DNA of 64,000 nucleotides from Felis catus (Eukaryota): NCBI RefSeq assembly GCF_018350175.1, contig NC_058368.1, forward strand, positions 197,472,001-197,536,000, in the 5' to 3' direction. Under the pieces are notes generated by a model. It saw only the letters and a list, made by a program, of their open reading frames with translations. It was not told the origin of the DNA and searched no databases. This document shows, piece after piece, positions 63,515 to 64,000 of the stretch (within the stretch, counting starts at the first letter, position 1; every line of letters starts with the position of its first letter). Made by a program: the position numbers and the translations under genes.

Positions 63515-64000
63515 GAAAGCCACAGGCACACAGTCACCCCTGCCCAACAGAGACGGGGCCAAGAAACAAACACAGAAGCGCCCAGAAGCACAAAGGCATA
63601 GGGCACACACACAGAAAGAAGTAAACAACACACAACGCTCACTTGGCGGCAAGCAGAGCGCCACAGACTCGGACGTCCCCATCCAGGTACTCCTGACCCC
63701 TCCTTCGTGCACCCACTCCCCGCGACACACACGCACGCACGCACAGGGCACATTCCCTTTCAAACATTTGGCAGGACCACAGGAGGTGACTTGAACAGCT
63801 GCCCGATTTCCTCAGCACACTCACTGTCAAGTACTTTTGGTGCCCTCCTTGGGACTTTGCAGGCATTGGGACATATAATTTCACCCTTTGGGTTTCATTT
63901 GGAGTCGGAGCTGGGGTATGCCCGTGTGCGTTTGCGGCCGGAAGGAGAAGGTTGTGCACTTAAATTTGTAATTCTTGGGAGCGTGGCATCACTCCCTCCT

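Larger units (their letters stand above)
62200..63560. promoter_or_regulatory. CpG island covering the ADRB2 promoter and 5' end
   Basis: GC-rich and CpG-dense compared with the rest of the window. The probable TSS is near 62996, where the minus strand reads GCACATAACGGG like the recalled human mRNA 5' end. Boundaries are approximate. Confidence 0.85.

Noticed and set aside
62765..63794. Long ORFs (182-256 aa) on both strands across the promoter
   Set aside because: GC-rich, stop-poor CpG island with repeat-encoded low-complexity peptides, and mostly non-ATG starts.
63792..63806. Possible glucocorticoid response element (TGAACAGCTGCCCGA)
   Set aside because: Only one imperfect half-site; it cannot be supported from sequence alone.

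Overview
Mammalian genomic DNA from a felid, most likely domestic cat or a close relative. The lineage call rests on about 32 tRNA-derived carnivore SINEs of the feline SINEC_Fc type and a 418-aa ADRB2. The only protein-coding gene is the intronless beta-2 adrenergic receptor gene ADRB2 at the right end on the minus strand (CDS 62747->61491). Around it are the 19-codon leader uORF, a CpG-island promoter with CRE and CCAAT elements, and a 3'UTR with a poly-C tract, AU/U-rich elements and polyA signals. The other ~61 kb is intergenic DNA downstream of ADRB2, made of SINEs, two L1 3' ends, L2/MIR relics, MLT1 LTRs, hAT DNA-transposon relics (Charlie1a, MER20, MER5, MER53, MER103) and simple repeats. 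I found no convincing new biological system. The most notable observations are phosphosite substitutions in the receptor, a probable L1 micro 3'-transduction, stacked, nested and tail-less SINE insertions, a 103-bp local duplication, and non-B-DNA motifs in the ADRB2 promoter. Repeat family names and comparisons with human ADRB2 come from memory, not from a database search.
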